Of a DNA stretch of 64,000 nt, positions 37,006 to 47,489 are shown one piece after another; within the stretch, counting starts at the first letter, position 1, and the number at the start of each line of letters is the position of its first letter. The position numbers and the translations under genes are program-made. This DNA is from Candidatus Paceibacter sp. (GTDB taxonomy: Bacteria; Patescibacteriota; Patescibacteriia; S139-126): NCBI GenBank assembly GCA_020724865.1, contig DYGA01000002.1, positions 12,032 to 76,031 of the forward strand, read 5' to 3'. The notes beneath the pieces were generated by a model. It saw only the letters and a list, made by a program, of their open reading frames with translations, had not been told where the DNA came from and searched no databases.

Positions 37006-39285
37006 TCAAGCTGATTTGCTTTTTTTGGGCTTATCTTTTGCTTGGCTGATTAATTCTAAACATTCAGCTAAGGATAATTTTTCCGGATCTTTTTCTTTGG
37101 ACAATCTGATATTGTTTTCTCCATCAGTAATATAAGGACCAAAGCGACCACGTAAGATTTTTATATTATTTTCAGGGAATTCCTTGACAGTTTTCTTTTG
37201 TTTTTTGGCAATGGCTTCAGCGATATATTGCTTAGCAGTCTTTTCATCTATAGTTAGGGGATTTTCATTTTTGATTGAAATATAATCACTGCCAATTTTT
37301 AAATAAGGACCAAAGCGTCCAAAACCGGCAAAGATTTTTTCTCCCTGTTCACTCAAGCCAACTTCTCGGGGTAGTGCCAATAAAGCCAAGGCGTCATTGA
37401 GAGAAATTTCTTCAATCATTTGTCCAGGTAATAAGGAAGCGAATTTTGGTTTTTCTTCGTCATCTTTGGTACCTAGTTGAACATAAGGTCCAAAGCGACC
37501 AACTCTAACACTGACGGGTTTTTTGGTTTTAGGATCAATTCCCAATTCTTTGACGGGCATAATATCTGTTTTAGAAATAGAATTTTCTTTTTCTTCTAAA
37601 ATTTTGGCAAATGGTTTATAAAAATCCATAATAACTGCGGGCCAATCTCGTTTACCTTCGGCAATTTCATCCAATTCATTTTCCATTTGGGCGGTAAAAT
37701 TATAATCCAAAATTTGACTGAAATGTTCAGTCAATAAATCATTGACCACAATGCCAATATTAGTTGGTTTTAATTTACGATCAATTAAATTGACGTAGTT
37801 TCTTTCAATAATAGTAGAAATTGTAGGTGCATAAGTGGAGGGGCGACCAATACCCTTTTCTTCCAAAGCTTTAACTAAACTGGCTTCAGTATAGCGGGCT
37901 GGCGGTTGAGTAAAGTGTTGTTCGGGTTTTATTTCTTGGCATTCAAGCCGATCGCCAACAGTCAAGGTGGGCAAGGTGTTTTCTTGAATTTTGTCAGGAT
38001 AAATTTTTAACCAGCCAGCAAAAGTTATTTCCGAACCATTAGCCCGCCAACTATAATTACCCGTATGAATATCAACAATATTTTGTTTTATTTTTGCTGG
38101 CGCCATTTGACTGGCGATAGCTCTTTCCCAAATCAATTCATACAGTTTGTATTGATTGATATTCAGATATTTTTTAATAGACTGCGGTTGGCGGTGGGCG
38201 CTAGTCGGTCTAATCGCCTCATGAGCCTCTTGAGCTGATTTGTTTCTAGTTTTATATCGGGTGGGATGGCTGTAGTTGGCTCCATAAGAGTCAGTTAAAT
38301 AGCTGGTTGCTTCTTGAATAAATTTTTCTGATAAGTTTAAAGAGTCAGTACGCATATAAGTAATTAGTCCAGTTTGACCGAGGTTGCCCAATTTAATGCC
38401 CTCATACAGTTGTTGTGCTATTACCATTGTTTGTTTGGCAGAAAAACCTAAGCGACTATTAGCAGCCTGTTGTAAGGTTGAGGTAGTAAAAGGCGGATAA
38501 GGGTTTTTGTTTATCTCTTTACTATCAACATTGCTCACGATAAAATTTTCTTTATTGATAGCCTCGACAATTTTTTTAGCCGCAGTTTCTGAGCCAATGG
38601 CAAATTTATCCAGTGTTTTGTTATTGATTTTTATCAGTCGGGCGGGGAAAATATTTGTTTGGTGTTTTAAATCAGCGGTTATTGTCCAATATTCTTCAGG
38701 TTTAAAATTGTTTATTTCTCTTTCTCTTTCTACAATCAATTTTACGGTTACTGATTGTACTCGACCAGCTGAAAGACCGCGGGCTACTTTTTTCCACAAA
38801 AAAGGTGAAAGCTTATAACCTACTAAACGATCAAGAATGCGCCTGGCTTGTTGGGCGTTAACTAATCGTAAGTCAATTGTCCGCGGCTCTATTAAAGCTT
38901 GCTTGATAGCATCTTCAGTTATTTCATGAAAAACAATCCTTTGAGATTTTTCCGGATCGATGCCGATGATATTAGCTAGATGCCAAGCAATTGCTTCGCC
39001 TTCTCGGTCTTCGTCAGTTGCAAAATAGATATTTTTACTGTTAGCTGTTTTCTTTTTAAGTTCGGTAACGGTTTTTTGTTTGTTACGGGGAATGACATAA
39101 GTTGGGGTAAAATTATTTTCAATATCAATGCCTAATTTACCCTTAGGTAAATCACGAATATGACCATAAGAAGATAAAACCAGATAATCTTTACCCAGGA
39201 ATTTATTTATAGTTTTGGCTTTAGTCGGTGATTCGACAATAATTACATTTTTTGACATAAGTTTAACTGTTTTTGAACATAGCAC
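37006..39285 (-). CDS. topA: DNA topoisomerase I
   Basis: Toprim (IIVESPTKAKTI, ATDEDREGEAIAWH), catalytic Tyr region, C-terminal repeats. Confidence 0.9.
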   Translation of the reverse strand: MLCSKTVKLMSKNVIIVESPTKAKTINKFLGKDYLVLSSYGHIRDLPKGKLGIDIENNFTPTYVIPRNKQKTVTELKKKTANSKNIYFATDEDREGEAIAWHLANIIGIDPEKSQRIVFHEITEDAIKQALIEPRTIDLRLVNAQQARRILDRLVGYKLSPFLWKKVARGLSAGRVQSVTVKLIVEREREINNFKPEEYWTITADLKHQTNIFPARLIKINNKTLDKFAIGSETAAKKIVEAINKENFIVSNVDSKEINKNPYPPFTTSTLQQAANSRLGFSAKQTMVIAQQLYEGIKLGNLGQTGLITYMRTDSLNLSEKFIQEATSYLTDSYGANYSHPTRYKTRNKSAQEAHEAIRPTSAHRQPQSIKKYLNINQYKLYELIWERAIASQMAPAKIKQNIVDIHTGNYSWRANGSEITFAGWLKIYPDKIQENTLPTLTVGDRLECQEIKPEQHFTQPPARYTEASLVKALEEKGIGRPSTYAPTISTIIERNYVNLIDRKLKPTNIGIVVNDLLTEHFSQILDYNFTAQMENELDEIAEGKRDWPAVIMDFYKPFAKILEEKENSISKTDIMPVKELGIDPKTKKPVSVRVGRFGPYVQLGTKDDEEKPKFASLLPGQMIEEISLNDALALLALPREVGLSEQGEKIFAGFGRFGPYLKIGSDYISIKNENPLTIDEKTAKQYIAEAIAKKQKKTVKEFPENNIKILRGRFGPYITDGENNIRLSKEKDPEKLSLAECLELISQAKDKPKKSKSA

Positions 39286-39311
39286 AAAATAATTTTATTT
39301 GGCAAGCGCAA

Positions 39312-40481
39312 TCAGTTTTTGGCAATTTTTCCATTGGTCATTTTTCTGATTTTTTTATTTAGTTCCATAATTGAAATTTGGGTATTTACCGTGGCGGCTG
39401 GTAAACCCGTTTGTCGGATAATTTCATCAATTTCCATAGGTTCAGTGGCAAGAATTTGCCAAATTAATTTTTGTTGGGGGTCAGTCGGTTCGCTGGAGTG
39501 ATTAGTTTGAGAAATTTCTTTAAGATCAAAGATTTCAATAATGTCGTGATGATTTCTGATTAGATGGGCACCTCTTTTTATTAGTTCATTGGGTCCGGCT
39601 GAATTTGAGCTGTAAATTGAACCAGGTATAGCCATAACTTCACGATTTTGTTCTAGGGCTGCCGCGGCGGTAATCAGAGAACCTGATTCAATATCCCCCT
39701 CAATTATAAGCACACCTTGAGACAATCCAGAAATAATCCGATTGCGTCTAGGAAAATGTTGTTTCAGTGGCATAGTGCCTGGTGGATATTCAGAGATTAT
39801 TGATCCGCCATTATCTATAATTTTTTTAGCTAAGTAGCGATTGGAAGAAGGATAAAGATTAGCATCATCTAGACCATTGCCCAGCACGGCAATTGTTTTT
39901 CCTCCGACTGCCAAAGTTTCTTGATGTACTAACGCATCGACCCCCAGAGCCAGTCCGGAGACGGTAATAAAATTGTACTGACATAAAGGTGGAATTATAT
40001 CTTTTACCAGTTGTGTCCCGTAAGGAGAAATTTTTCTGGTCCCCACTATAGCTAAGGTAATTCCTTCATTAATAATTTTTCCACGATAATACAAAATTGC
40101 TGGAGGATCATATATTTCTTTCAGTAAAGGCGGATAATTTTTATCGGAAAATAAACAAACGCCAATGTGGTGGCGTTCTAGTTCCATCAGTAATTCATCA
40201 GGATCGATAGATTTTTTTTCCATAATTAAATGATCAACGGTTCGTTGGTCAAGTCCAGCGGCTAAGTATTCTTCGGGCAGAGCTTCCCAGGCAATTTTAA
40301 GATTGGTGAAATATTTTTGTAAACGTATTAATCGGGCGGGACCTATTTGGTTTATCCGGCTGAAGGCCAGCCAATATTTTAAATCATCTTCCATATTTAT
40401 AATATAAGCCAAATATTTTATCGGGTAAATGATAAAATTATCTATAAAATAAATTTTTTTATATTTTTTTGATTGTCGCAA
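39312..40481 (-). CDS. dprA: DNA processing protein DprA/Smf; the true start is probably the internal Met (MEDDLKYWLAF)
   Basis: Rossmann-like DprA core ...GLALGVDALVHQ...GGKTIAVLGNGLD; winged helix C-terminus. Confidence 0.85.
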   Translation of the reverse strand: MRQSKKYKKIYFIDNFIIYPIKYLAYIINMEDDLKYWLAFSRINQIGPARLIRLQKYFTNLKIAWEALPEEYLAAGLDQRTVDHLIMEKKSIDPDELLMELERHHIGVCLFSDKNYPPLLKEIYDPPAILYYRGKIINEGITLAIVGTRKISPYGTQLVKDIIPPLCQYNFITVSGLALGVDALVHQETLAVGGKTIAVLGNGLDDANLYPSSNRYLAKKIIDNGGSIISEYPPGTMPLKQHFPRRNRIISGLSQGVLIIEGDIESGSLITAAAALEQNREVMAIPGSIYSSNSAGPNELIKRGAHLIRNHHDIIEIFDLKEISQTNHSSEPTDPQQKLIWQILATEPMEIDEIIRQTGLPAATVNTQISIMELNKKIRKMTNGKIAKN

Positions 40482-43400
40482 TTAATTCCTCCAGCCAATC
40501 ATTATTTACTGTAGATATTTTAATTTTTAAAGTCTGTTGATTAGTTGTCCAAGGAAAATTTAGTTTTTTTATATTATTAATTATTTCAGAGGTAATTTTT
40601 TTGTTAAAAATTATAGTTATTGTCGCTATGGATTTTTTTATGTTTAATACATTGATGGAATTGATTCCTTTTTGTTGACAAATAATTTTCAAGTGTAACA
40701 CTCGCAGAAGATTTTGGTATTCCATCGGCAGGGTTTTATTGGAAAAAAAATTTTTACTAAGCGTCAATAATTCCTCGTTGGTTTTACAGTTGCTTAGTTT
40801 TTGGTAAAAATCGAAACGTTCATCAGGTGCAGATATTAAAGATTCAGGGATATAGTAGGTGAGAGGCAATTGAATTTGTATGTCGTTTTCTTCAGGTTCA
40901 GTGTTACCGGTTTTTATTTCTTGAACCGCTTGATCTAAGAGTCTTAAATATAAATTTAATCCCACCGCTTTGATGTGGCCGTGTTGTTTTTTGCCCAATA
41001 AATTTCCAATTCCTCTTATTTCCATATCTCGTCTGGCTAATTCTAAACCGCTACCCAGTGCTTGAGCCGATTGTAGAGCTGATAGTCTTTTAGCTGCTAA
41101 ACCACTTAATTTTTGGGAGGAATAAAAAAAGTAAGCATAGGCTTGCCTGTTACCTCGGCCAATCCGACCTCTTAATTGATAAAGTTGGGCCAGGCCAAAA
41201 TTGGCAGCTTGTTCCACAATTAGCGTATTGACATTGGGTAAGTCAAGGCCGTTTTCAATAATTGTTGAACAAACCAAGATGTCAATTTTTCCTTCATCAA
41301 ATTGGTGCATGATTTGACTTAATTCTTTGCCCGGCATTTGCCCGTGAGCAAAAGCAATTTTTGCTTCTGGTACCAGTTTTGCCAACTGTTTAACTTTGCT
41401 GGCCATAGTTTCAACTTTATTGTAGAGATAATAAGTTTGCCCTTGACGGTTAAATTCTGTTTGTAAAGCATGTTTTATTTTGTTTTCATCATAAGGCTCT
41501 ATGGAACTAATAATTGGCAGTCGACCTGGCGGCGGTGTTTGAATAAGACTGACTGGTTTAATACCGGCCACTGAAAAATATAGTGTGCGGGGAATTGGAG
41601 TAGCTGACAAAGTTAACACATGACTTAGTTGGCGATGTTTTTTTAATTTTTCTTTATGAATCACACCGAATTTTTGCTCTTCATCAATTATTAAAAGTTG
41701 CAAATTTTTAAAATTTATATCATCAGATAAAATTCGATGAGTGCCAATGACAATATCAGTTCTGCCCAATTTTATATTTTCAATTATTTCCGTTTGTTTT
41801 TTCTTTTCCTGCCAACGGGTTAATAGATCTATTTGGATGCCAAATTTTTGCAAGCGATTATTGAAGGTATCAAAATGTTGTTGAGCTAAGATAGTAGTCG
41901 GACAAAGTAACGCCACTTGGCCGCCATGAAAGATAATCCGAGCAGCAGTTCGAATGGCTAATTCAGTTTTTCCAAAACCAACATCGCCACAGATTAAACG
42001 ATCCATTGGTTTGGTATTTTTTAAATCATTCACAATATCGGCCCAAGCTTTTTTTTGATCAATGGTATCTTGATAAGGAAAATCAGCTATAATAGATTTT
42101 TCTTCCGGAAAATTATTGAGTAAAGGTTCAGTGTAACCAGTTTCTCTTTGGGCTTGGGTTTGGATAATTTCTCGGGCTGAACTAAGTAAATCGGTTTTTA
42201 TCTTATTTTTTAACTGTTGCCAGCTACTACTGGAAAGTCGGTTGATAGTGGGGCGGGTGAGCCCAATATATTTTTCCAATCTATCGGCTTTTTCTACTGG
42301 AACATATAAACGGTCGCGGTCAGCATAACTAATAACAAAAAAATCTCTGGTGGTACCGTCAAAATTTTGTTTTATTATTCCGGTCATTTTCCCTACTCCG
42401 TGATCGATATGAACAACATAATCATCAATTTTGAAATTTTGTTTTAACTTATTTAGACTAGCAGTTAAAGTTTGATTGTTAGCTGGCAATTCACGTTCTG
42501 TCAGAATTGCCAATTTTAACTGTTGGCTAACTAAACTTTGGACAAGCGGTTGTTCGATGATTTTTAAGTTAGATATTTTTTGCTGAAAATAATTTTCAGT
42601 TTTATTGGTTAAGATAAAAAACCAATCAGTTTTATTTTTTAACCAGTTGTCAAGTTCATTTGGAGTATAACGAAAAGACGGCGCTTCAGTGAAGTCAGTA
42701 TCTATGCCATCTTGACTGGCCAGGTTAAGAAATAATATTTTCCAAGTAGATTGAATTGGAATTGATGATGTTTGGCTAGATAAAAATAGGGAATTGGTAG
42801 GCAAGTATTCATTAATGTCCGCTGTACCGGGAGGTAGGCTTTTCGGAACAATGTTTATATCTGTTAAATTAGCTAAATGTTTTTGTGATAAAATAGCAAA
42901 GGAAAAAATTTCTTCAATTTTGTTTTGTTTCCAGATTATGCGCACCGGGTCAGTAAAATTTATAGGAAAAATATCTATAATTTCTCCGCGCTTAGCATAC
43001 TCCCCTTTAGCAAAAACTCTAGTCTGCCGTTCATAACCTAGTTGAGCAATTTGGTTTAAAAAATTTTTTTGTAAGTAATTTTTATTTATTTTAACGTTTG
43101 TAATCAGCTCATTTTGCCAAATTGATTTATTGGGCAGATTGATCGGAAGGTTTTGTAAAGAAAAAATTATTAACTGCGGCGTAGCCGATATTAAATTGTT
43201 TAAAATTGTGCTTGCTTGAGTCGGCCAAATGTTGATTGAAATATTGGCCGGATAAATTTTTTGCCAAAACAATAAATTTTGTTGATAAGAAAGTTGCTGT
43301 TTATCATCAATAGCCATTAGTAAAACGGCTGATGGATTAATCAGAGGGGTGATAATCATTTGCCAGGTTAACCAAGTAGCAGCCGTATCATTGGGAATTT

Positions 43401-43500
43401 TACCGACACTGACAGTGGTAGTGGGCAATAGTTTTTTGATTATAGATTCAATAACTGTCATTAGCATAATTACCTTAACTAAAAAAATAAAAAAAAGCAA
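40459..43500 (-). CDS. mfd: Transcription-repair coupling factor
   Basis: CarD/RNAP-interacting domain, DEAD-box helicase motifs (GDVGFGKTE, DEEQKFG), TRCF C-terminal domain. Confidence 0.9.
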   Translation of the reverse strand: MLFFIFLVKVIMLMTVIESIIKKLLPTTTVSVGKIPNDTAATWLTWQMIITPLINPSAVLLMAIDDKQQLSYQQNLLFWQKIYPANISINIWPTQASTILNNLISATPQLIIFSLQNLPINLPNKSIWQNELITNVKINKNYLQKNFLNQIAQLGYERQTRVFAKGEYAKRGEIIDIFPINFTDPVRIIWKQNKIEEIFSFAILSQKHLANLTDINIVPKSLPPGTADINEYLPTNSLFLSSQTSSIPIQSTWKILFLNLASQDGIDTDFTEAPSFRYTPNELDNWLKNKTDWFFILTNKTENYFQQKISNLKIIEQPLVQSLVSQQLKLAILTERELPANNQTLTASLNKLKQNFKIDDYVVHIDHGVGKMTGIIKQNFDGTTRDFFVISYADRDRLYVPVEKADRLEKYIGLTRPTINRLSSSSWQQLKNKIKTDLLSSAREIIQTQAQRETGYTEPLLNNFPEEKSIIADFPYQDTIDQKKAWADIVNDLKNTKPMDRLICGDVGFGKTELAIRTAARIIFHGGQVALLCPTTILAQQHFDTFNNRLQKFGIQIDLLTRWQEKKKQTEIIENIKLGRTDIVIGTHRILSDDINFKNLQLLIIDEEQKFGVIHKEKLKKHRQLSHVLTLSATPIPRTLYFSVAGIKPVSLIQTPPPGRLPIISSIEPYDENKIKHALQTEFNRQGQTYYLYNKVETMASKVKQLAKLVPEAKIAFAHGQMPGKELSQIMHQFDEGKIDILVCSTIIENGLDLPNVNTLIVEQAANFGLAQLYQLRGRIGRGNRQAYAYFFYSSQKLSGLAAKRLSALQSAQALGSGLELARRDMEIRGIGNLLGKKQHGHIKAVGLNLYLRLLDQAVQEIKTGNTEPEENDIQIQLPLTYYIPESLISAPDERFDFYQKLSNCKTNEELLTLSKNFFSNKTLPMEYQNLLRVLHLKIICQQKGINSINVLNIKKSIATITIIFNKKITSEIINNIKKLNFPWTTNQQTLKIKISTVNNDWLEELIATIKKI

Positions 43501-43505
43501 AGTTT

Positions 43506-44210
43506 TTAAACTTTGCTTTGAGAAAAATAATATCTGATAGTATTGATTATTTCTTTTTTTAAATTAATTTTATTTTTCAGACAGACCAGTAGAGGAATTT
43601 CCGTAAAATTAATTTGTTTGAATGTCTTTATAACTGAACTAGTAGGTGGTTGAAAAAACGCCCATGGATAAGTAGCGGTTGAAGTATCGATTATTAATTT
43701 AAAACGATTTTGTTTTAAATGATCAATAAGTTCATCTTCGGTGTAATTGTTTATCAATACACCGGGATATTTATTTTTAATATTTTTTTCTTCTTGGCCG
43801 CTAAAAGTAGTTATTTGTTCAGCGTAGGACTTAAAATAGATTAAAATTTCCCCATCCTTTTTGATGGCTGCTTGTGAATTGACGGTACCATTTAGGGTTG
43901 GTAGTTCCCACTGATTGATAATAAAGGCATCAAAGCCTTCAATAATCGATTTTAAATTTTGACTGTATTTTTTTTCGGCGTAGACTATTTTTTTGGTGGG
44001 AAATAGCCTAGTTTCTTCAAGAATTTGAAAATTTTTGTAGTAGTTTTGCGAACCTAAACTGATAATTAGCCAGTCAAAGTTTTCGTTTTTTGTTCTTTGA
44101 ATCAGTTCACTTTGGCTTTTGGTTTGTTCCATATATTCCCATGGTAGTAAAGGGGAAATTTTTTTGTTGATTTTCGGTAAGTGGCAAATAATCTTTTTTT
44201 GCTTTTTCAT
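43506..44210 (-). CDS. Hypothetical protein, first gene of the mfd operon
   Basis: 234 aa ORF; no motif recognised. Confidence 0.45.
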   Translation of the reverse strand: MKKQKKIICHLPKINKKISPLLPWEYMEQTKSQSELIQRTKNENFDWLIISLGSQNYYKNFQILEETRLFPTKKIVYAEKKYSQNLKSIIEGFDAFIINQWELPTLNGTVNSQAAIKKDGEILIYFKSYAEQITTFSGQEEKNIKNKYPGVLINNYTEDELIDHLKQNRFKLIIDTSTATYPWAFFQPPTSSVIKTFKQINFTEIPLLVCLKNKINLKKEIINTIRYYFSQSKV

Positions 44211-44477
44211 TTTTTATACTCCTGATTGTTAAATTGCGAATTAAAATATTTTTTCATATTATTATCAGTAAGTCAAATCATTAAATATTATTAAGTAAAT
44301 TATTATTTTTATTCAAGATAATTTATATTTTAATCTGGAATCATGATTATGATTAAACATAATGTTTAGTTTTAAATATTATTGTTTTTTTATGATGATG
44401 ACAGTGATTTTTTATTTTTTTGCCCAGTGATATAATTAGTTTAGCTGATAAATATTAAATAATTAATAAACAATTTT

Positions 44478-45245
44478 ATGGTGGAAACAAATGGTAAAAA
44501 GTGTTTATGGCGAGAGCCAAAATACATTTTAATTTTGCTGGGAATATTATTGTTAGCGGGTATAGTTATTGTGGCAATCTTACGTGATCGTATTGTAAAT
44601 CAACCAAATTGGCAGGTCAGTGTAACGGGCAGAGGAACAGTTAGCTATGAACCTGATGTGGCTATTATCACCATGGGTGTACAGGTTGATAAAGTGAATA
44701 AAGCTGACCAAGCTTTGACGCAATTAAATGAAAAAATAAATAATGTTATTAAAGCTGTCGAAGAAGTTGGAGTGACCAAAGAAAATATTAAAACCCAAAA
44801 CTATTCTTTGTATCCTCAGTATGATTGGATAAACAACGTGCAAACTCCAGGTGGTTATACTGCCAGTCAATTATTAATGGTTAAAGTAACAAATTTATCT
44901 GTCAACAAGGATTTGGTTTCCCAAGTAATTGCCGCAGCAACCAAAGCCGGGGTAAATCAAATTCAGGGTGTCAGTTTTGACAGTTCAAATATTGAAGATC
45001 TAAAACAGGAGGCCAGACTTAAGGCAATTGCTGATGCTAAAAAGAAAGCCGGTAGTATTGCTAGTAATTTAGGCGTTCGTTTAGGTAAAGTGATAGGTTG
45101 GTGGGAAAATCCGGTAACTTTACCAGGAATGCCTTATTATAATGAGATGGGCGGTTATGGTGGTGGAGGTAATTCTACTCCCAGTGTTCCCAGTGGCAAT
45201 CAGGAAATCATTATGGATGTTAGTATTAATTATGAAGTCAAATAA
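44478..45245 (+). CDS. SIMPL/DUF541 (YggE-like) periplasmic/secreted protein
   Basis: VSVTGRGTVSYEPDVAII...QNYSLYPQYDW...GVRLGKVIGWWE matches the conserved DUF541 pattern. Confidence 0.7.
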   Translation: MVETNGKKCLWREPKYILILLGILLLAGIVIVAILRDRIVNQPNWQVSVTGRGTVSYEPDVAIITMGVQVDKVNKADQALTQLNEKINNVIKAVEEVGVTKENIKTQNYSLYPQYDWINNVQTPGGYTASQLLMVKVTNLSVNKDLVSQVIAAATKAGVNQIQGVSFDSSNIEDLKQEARLKAIADAKKKAGSIASNLGVRLGKVIGWWENPVTLPGMPYYNEMGGYGGGGNSTPSVPSGNQEIIMDVSINYEVK

Positions 45246-45260
45246 AGGTCAATTAATTTA

Positions 45261-45292
45261 AACTCCCTAAAATTTTATTTTTAGGGAGTTTA
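45261..45292 (+). terminator. Hairpin terminator after the SIMPL gene
   Basis: aactccctaaaa/ttttagggagtt stem. Confidence 0.5.
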
Positions 45293-45297
45293 AAGTC

Positions 45298-45325
45298 TTG
45301 ACAAATTTTTTTTATTTGTTAAAAT
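45298..45325 (+). promoter_or_regulatory. Promoter TTGACA-16-TAAAAT driving the candidate sRNA
   Basis: cttgacaaattttttttatttgttaaaatg. Confidence 0.5.
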
Positions 45326-45332
45326 GTTTAAA

Positions 45333-45505
45333 CATTAAAAAATTAATACTCATTAGGTTCCTAGCACAGTGGTGAAAGCAAAAGCATCCCTCCTTGCTTT
45401 TGACGAGTAACTCTAAGTCAAGGGTTCTAGATTTTTCTAGTTACCTTTGCACTGACTAGGAGCCTAATGAGTATTAAAAATCCCGCTTAGAGGCGGGTTT
45501 TTTTT
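45333..45505 (+). ncRNA. Candidate structured small RNA (~170 nt), class unknown. A long imperfect closing helix (ctcattaggttcctagcacagtg / cactgactaggagcctaatgag) encloses two internal hairpins. It ends in a rho-independent terminator (cccgcttagaggcggg + T8).
   Basis: Own promoter and terminator; no coding potential; GC-enriched relative to its surroundings. Strand assignment rests on the promoter. Confidence 0.45.
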
Positions 45506-46079
45506 ATTGATTATTAAAAAGACTTTGGGCTTTAGGTATTCCTTCATTTAGAGCTGTATCCAGAGCAGTGAAAATTTTTTCTTGGGCTTGGCGGATACTA
45601 TTTTGTTCAGCGGCAGTTGGTGGTTTTAAGACATAATTACTGATTTTACCAAAAAATTTAGGCCTACCAATCCCGATACGAAATCGCACAAAATGTTTGT
45701 CACCCAATGCATCTATTATGGAAGCTACCCCATTATGTCCGCCAGCCGAAGTATTGTATGATATTTTTATTTTTCCTGGTGTTAGATCAAGGTCATCATG
45801 AATTACCCAAATATTTTCATTAGCCAATTGATAAAATGATTTTATTTTTTCAACTGCTTGTCCAGATAGATTCATGAAGGTGAGAGGTCTAACTAATAAT
45901 ATTTTTTTATCATCCCAAGTGCCAGAGGTAATTTGTGAAGAAAATTTTTCTTGGGGAGTAAAATCAGGAAAAATATCGGCATGTTTTTTTTGCCAAGCGG
46001 CGATAACCTGCCAACCTAAGTTATGTCTAGTGAGTTCATATTTTTTTTCTGGATTGCCCAGACCAAAAATCGCAATCAT
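45504..46079 (-). CDS. pth: Peptidyl-tRNA hydrolase
   Basis: MIAIFGLGNPEKKYELTRHNLGW...HNG. Confidence 0.9.
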   Translation of the reverse strand: MIAIFGLGNPEKKYELTRHNLGWQVIAAWQKKHADIFPDFTPQEKFSSQITSGTWDDKKILLVRPLTFMNLSGQAVEKIKSFYQLANENIWVIHDDLDLTPGKIKISYNTSAGGHNGVASIIDALGDKHFVRFRIGIGRPKFFGKISNYVLKPPTAAEQNSIRQAQEKIFTALDTALNEGIPKAQSLFNNQ

Positions 46080-46122
46080 TTTATAATTTAAAATTTATAA
46101 TTTTGTTTACTATTTTCTAGTT

Positions 46123-47487
46123 TTATTTTACTGAAGTAATAAAAAGCCGCAATGGTGTTCCCTGAAAATCAAATTCTTTGCGCAAATTATTTTCGATAAA
46201 ACGTAAATAAGAACCGTGTAATGATTTTTTATATTTGATAGTGATTTGAAAGGTCGGGGGATTAACGCCAACCTGTTTAAGATGATAAATGTAGGGGTGT
46301 CCTGCTCCTTTGCCTCGAGCCGGCGGATGTTTGCTGATTATTTTTTTTAAGAATTTTTGTAAAGCACTGTCAGAAATTTTTGTAAACCTTTTATTGTAAA
46401 TTTCAATTGCTTGGTCTAGCATCGTATGAGTGCGTTGTTTGGTAAGGGCAGAAGTAAAAATTATCGGTGCCCAGGTTAGATGAGGGAAAGTATTATAAAT
46501 ATATTTTGTATAAGTATTAATAGTAGTTTCATCCTTATCAGGCACAAGATCCCATTTATTAGCTACAATCAGAATGCTGTTGCCACTTTTGACTGCATGT
46601 TCAGTTAAGTGTCTATCTTGAAAAGTTAGAGGCTCTGATATGTCTAAAATTAACAAAGTTATATCTGAATTTGCTATTTTGTGTAAAGTTTGGTCAATAC
46701 TAAATTTTTCTAAGCGGTCACTTTTTTGCGCTTGGCGTCTGATGCCGGCTGTATCGGTTAAAATCAAATTATGCTCTTTGTATTGAACAGCAATATCTTG
46801 AGCGCCTCTGGTTGTATGAGCTTGGCTGGAAACAATTTGTTTTTCAAAACCTAAAATTGAGTTGATTAATGAGGATTTGCCCACATTAGGTTTGCCAATA
46901 ATAGCTAGACGAATAGTTGATTCTTTTTTTATATTTTGATCTTTGATATTTTTACCGGTCGGTAAAAATTCAACAATCGCATCAAGTAAATTGCCTGTCC
47001 CTATGCCATTGACTCCAGAAACTGGAAAAATTTTATCAATGCCGAGTTCTGACCAATCAAGTATAGCTGAATGCCATTTTTTGGCATTATCAAGTTTTGT
47101 TATTACCAAAAAACAAGGTCGGCCAATTTTTTTAATTATTTTAAAAACATCATAATCTTCAGCTACTAAACCAGTTTTACCATCTACTACCATTAGTATT
47201 AGTTTAGCGTTCTTGGCAGCGACTAATGTTTTTTCATAGATTTGTTTGCTAAAGACTTGTTGTTTGTCAGTACTAATACCGCCAGTGTCAATTAAGGTAA
47301 ATTTTTTACCGTTCCATTCGATATCATTTTCTTGAGAATCTCTGGTAGTTCCAGCAAGCGGTGAAATTAAAGCCGCGGGAGTTTCGGTTAAACGGTTAAA
47401 AAGAGTGGATTTGCCAACGTTAGTTCTACCCAACATAACCACTTTGGGCAGTTGTTTTTTTCTAGGTGATGAAGTTATTTTATCCAT
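46123..47487 (-). CDS. der: GTPase Der/EngA (tandem GTPase domains + KH-like domain)
   Basis: Two G1 motifs GRTNVGKSTLFN and GKPNVGKSSLIN; DTAG G3 motifs. Confidence 0.9.
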   Translation of the reverse strand: MDKITSSPRKKQLPKVVMLGRTNVGKSTLFNRLTETPAALISPLAGTTRDSQENDIEWNGKKFTLIDTGGISTDKQQVFSKQIYEKTLVAAKNAKLILMVVDGKTGLVAEDYDVFKIIKKIGRPCFLVITKLDNAKKWHSAILDWSELGIDKIFPVSGVNGIGTGNLLDAIVEFLPTGKNIKDQNIKKESTIRLAIIGKPNVGKSSLINSILGFEKQIVSSQAHTTRGAQDIAVQYKEHNLILTDTAGIRRQAQKSDRLEKFSIDQTLHKIANSDITLLILDISEPLTFQDRHLTEHAVKSGNSILIVANKWDLVPDKDETTINTYTKYIYNTFPHLTWAPIIFTSALTKQRTHTMLDQAIEIYNKRFTKISDSALQKFLKKIISKHPPARGKGAGHPYIYHLKQVGVNPPTFQITIKYKKSLHGSYLRFIENNLRKEFDFQGTPLRLFITSVK

Positions 47488-47489
47488 AT

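Noticed and set aside
45333-45505. Assigning the structured RNA specifically as 6S RNA, SRP RNA or tmRNA
   Set aside because: No SRP domain-IV motif, no tmRNA tag frame or CCA-ACCA end, and the predicted shape is a three-way junction rather than a 6S rod. Kept as an unknown-class sRNA.
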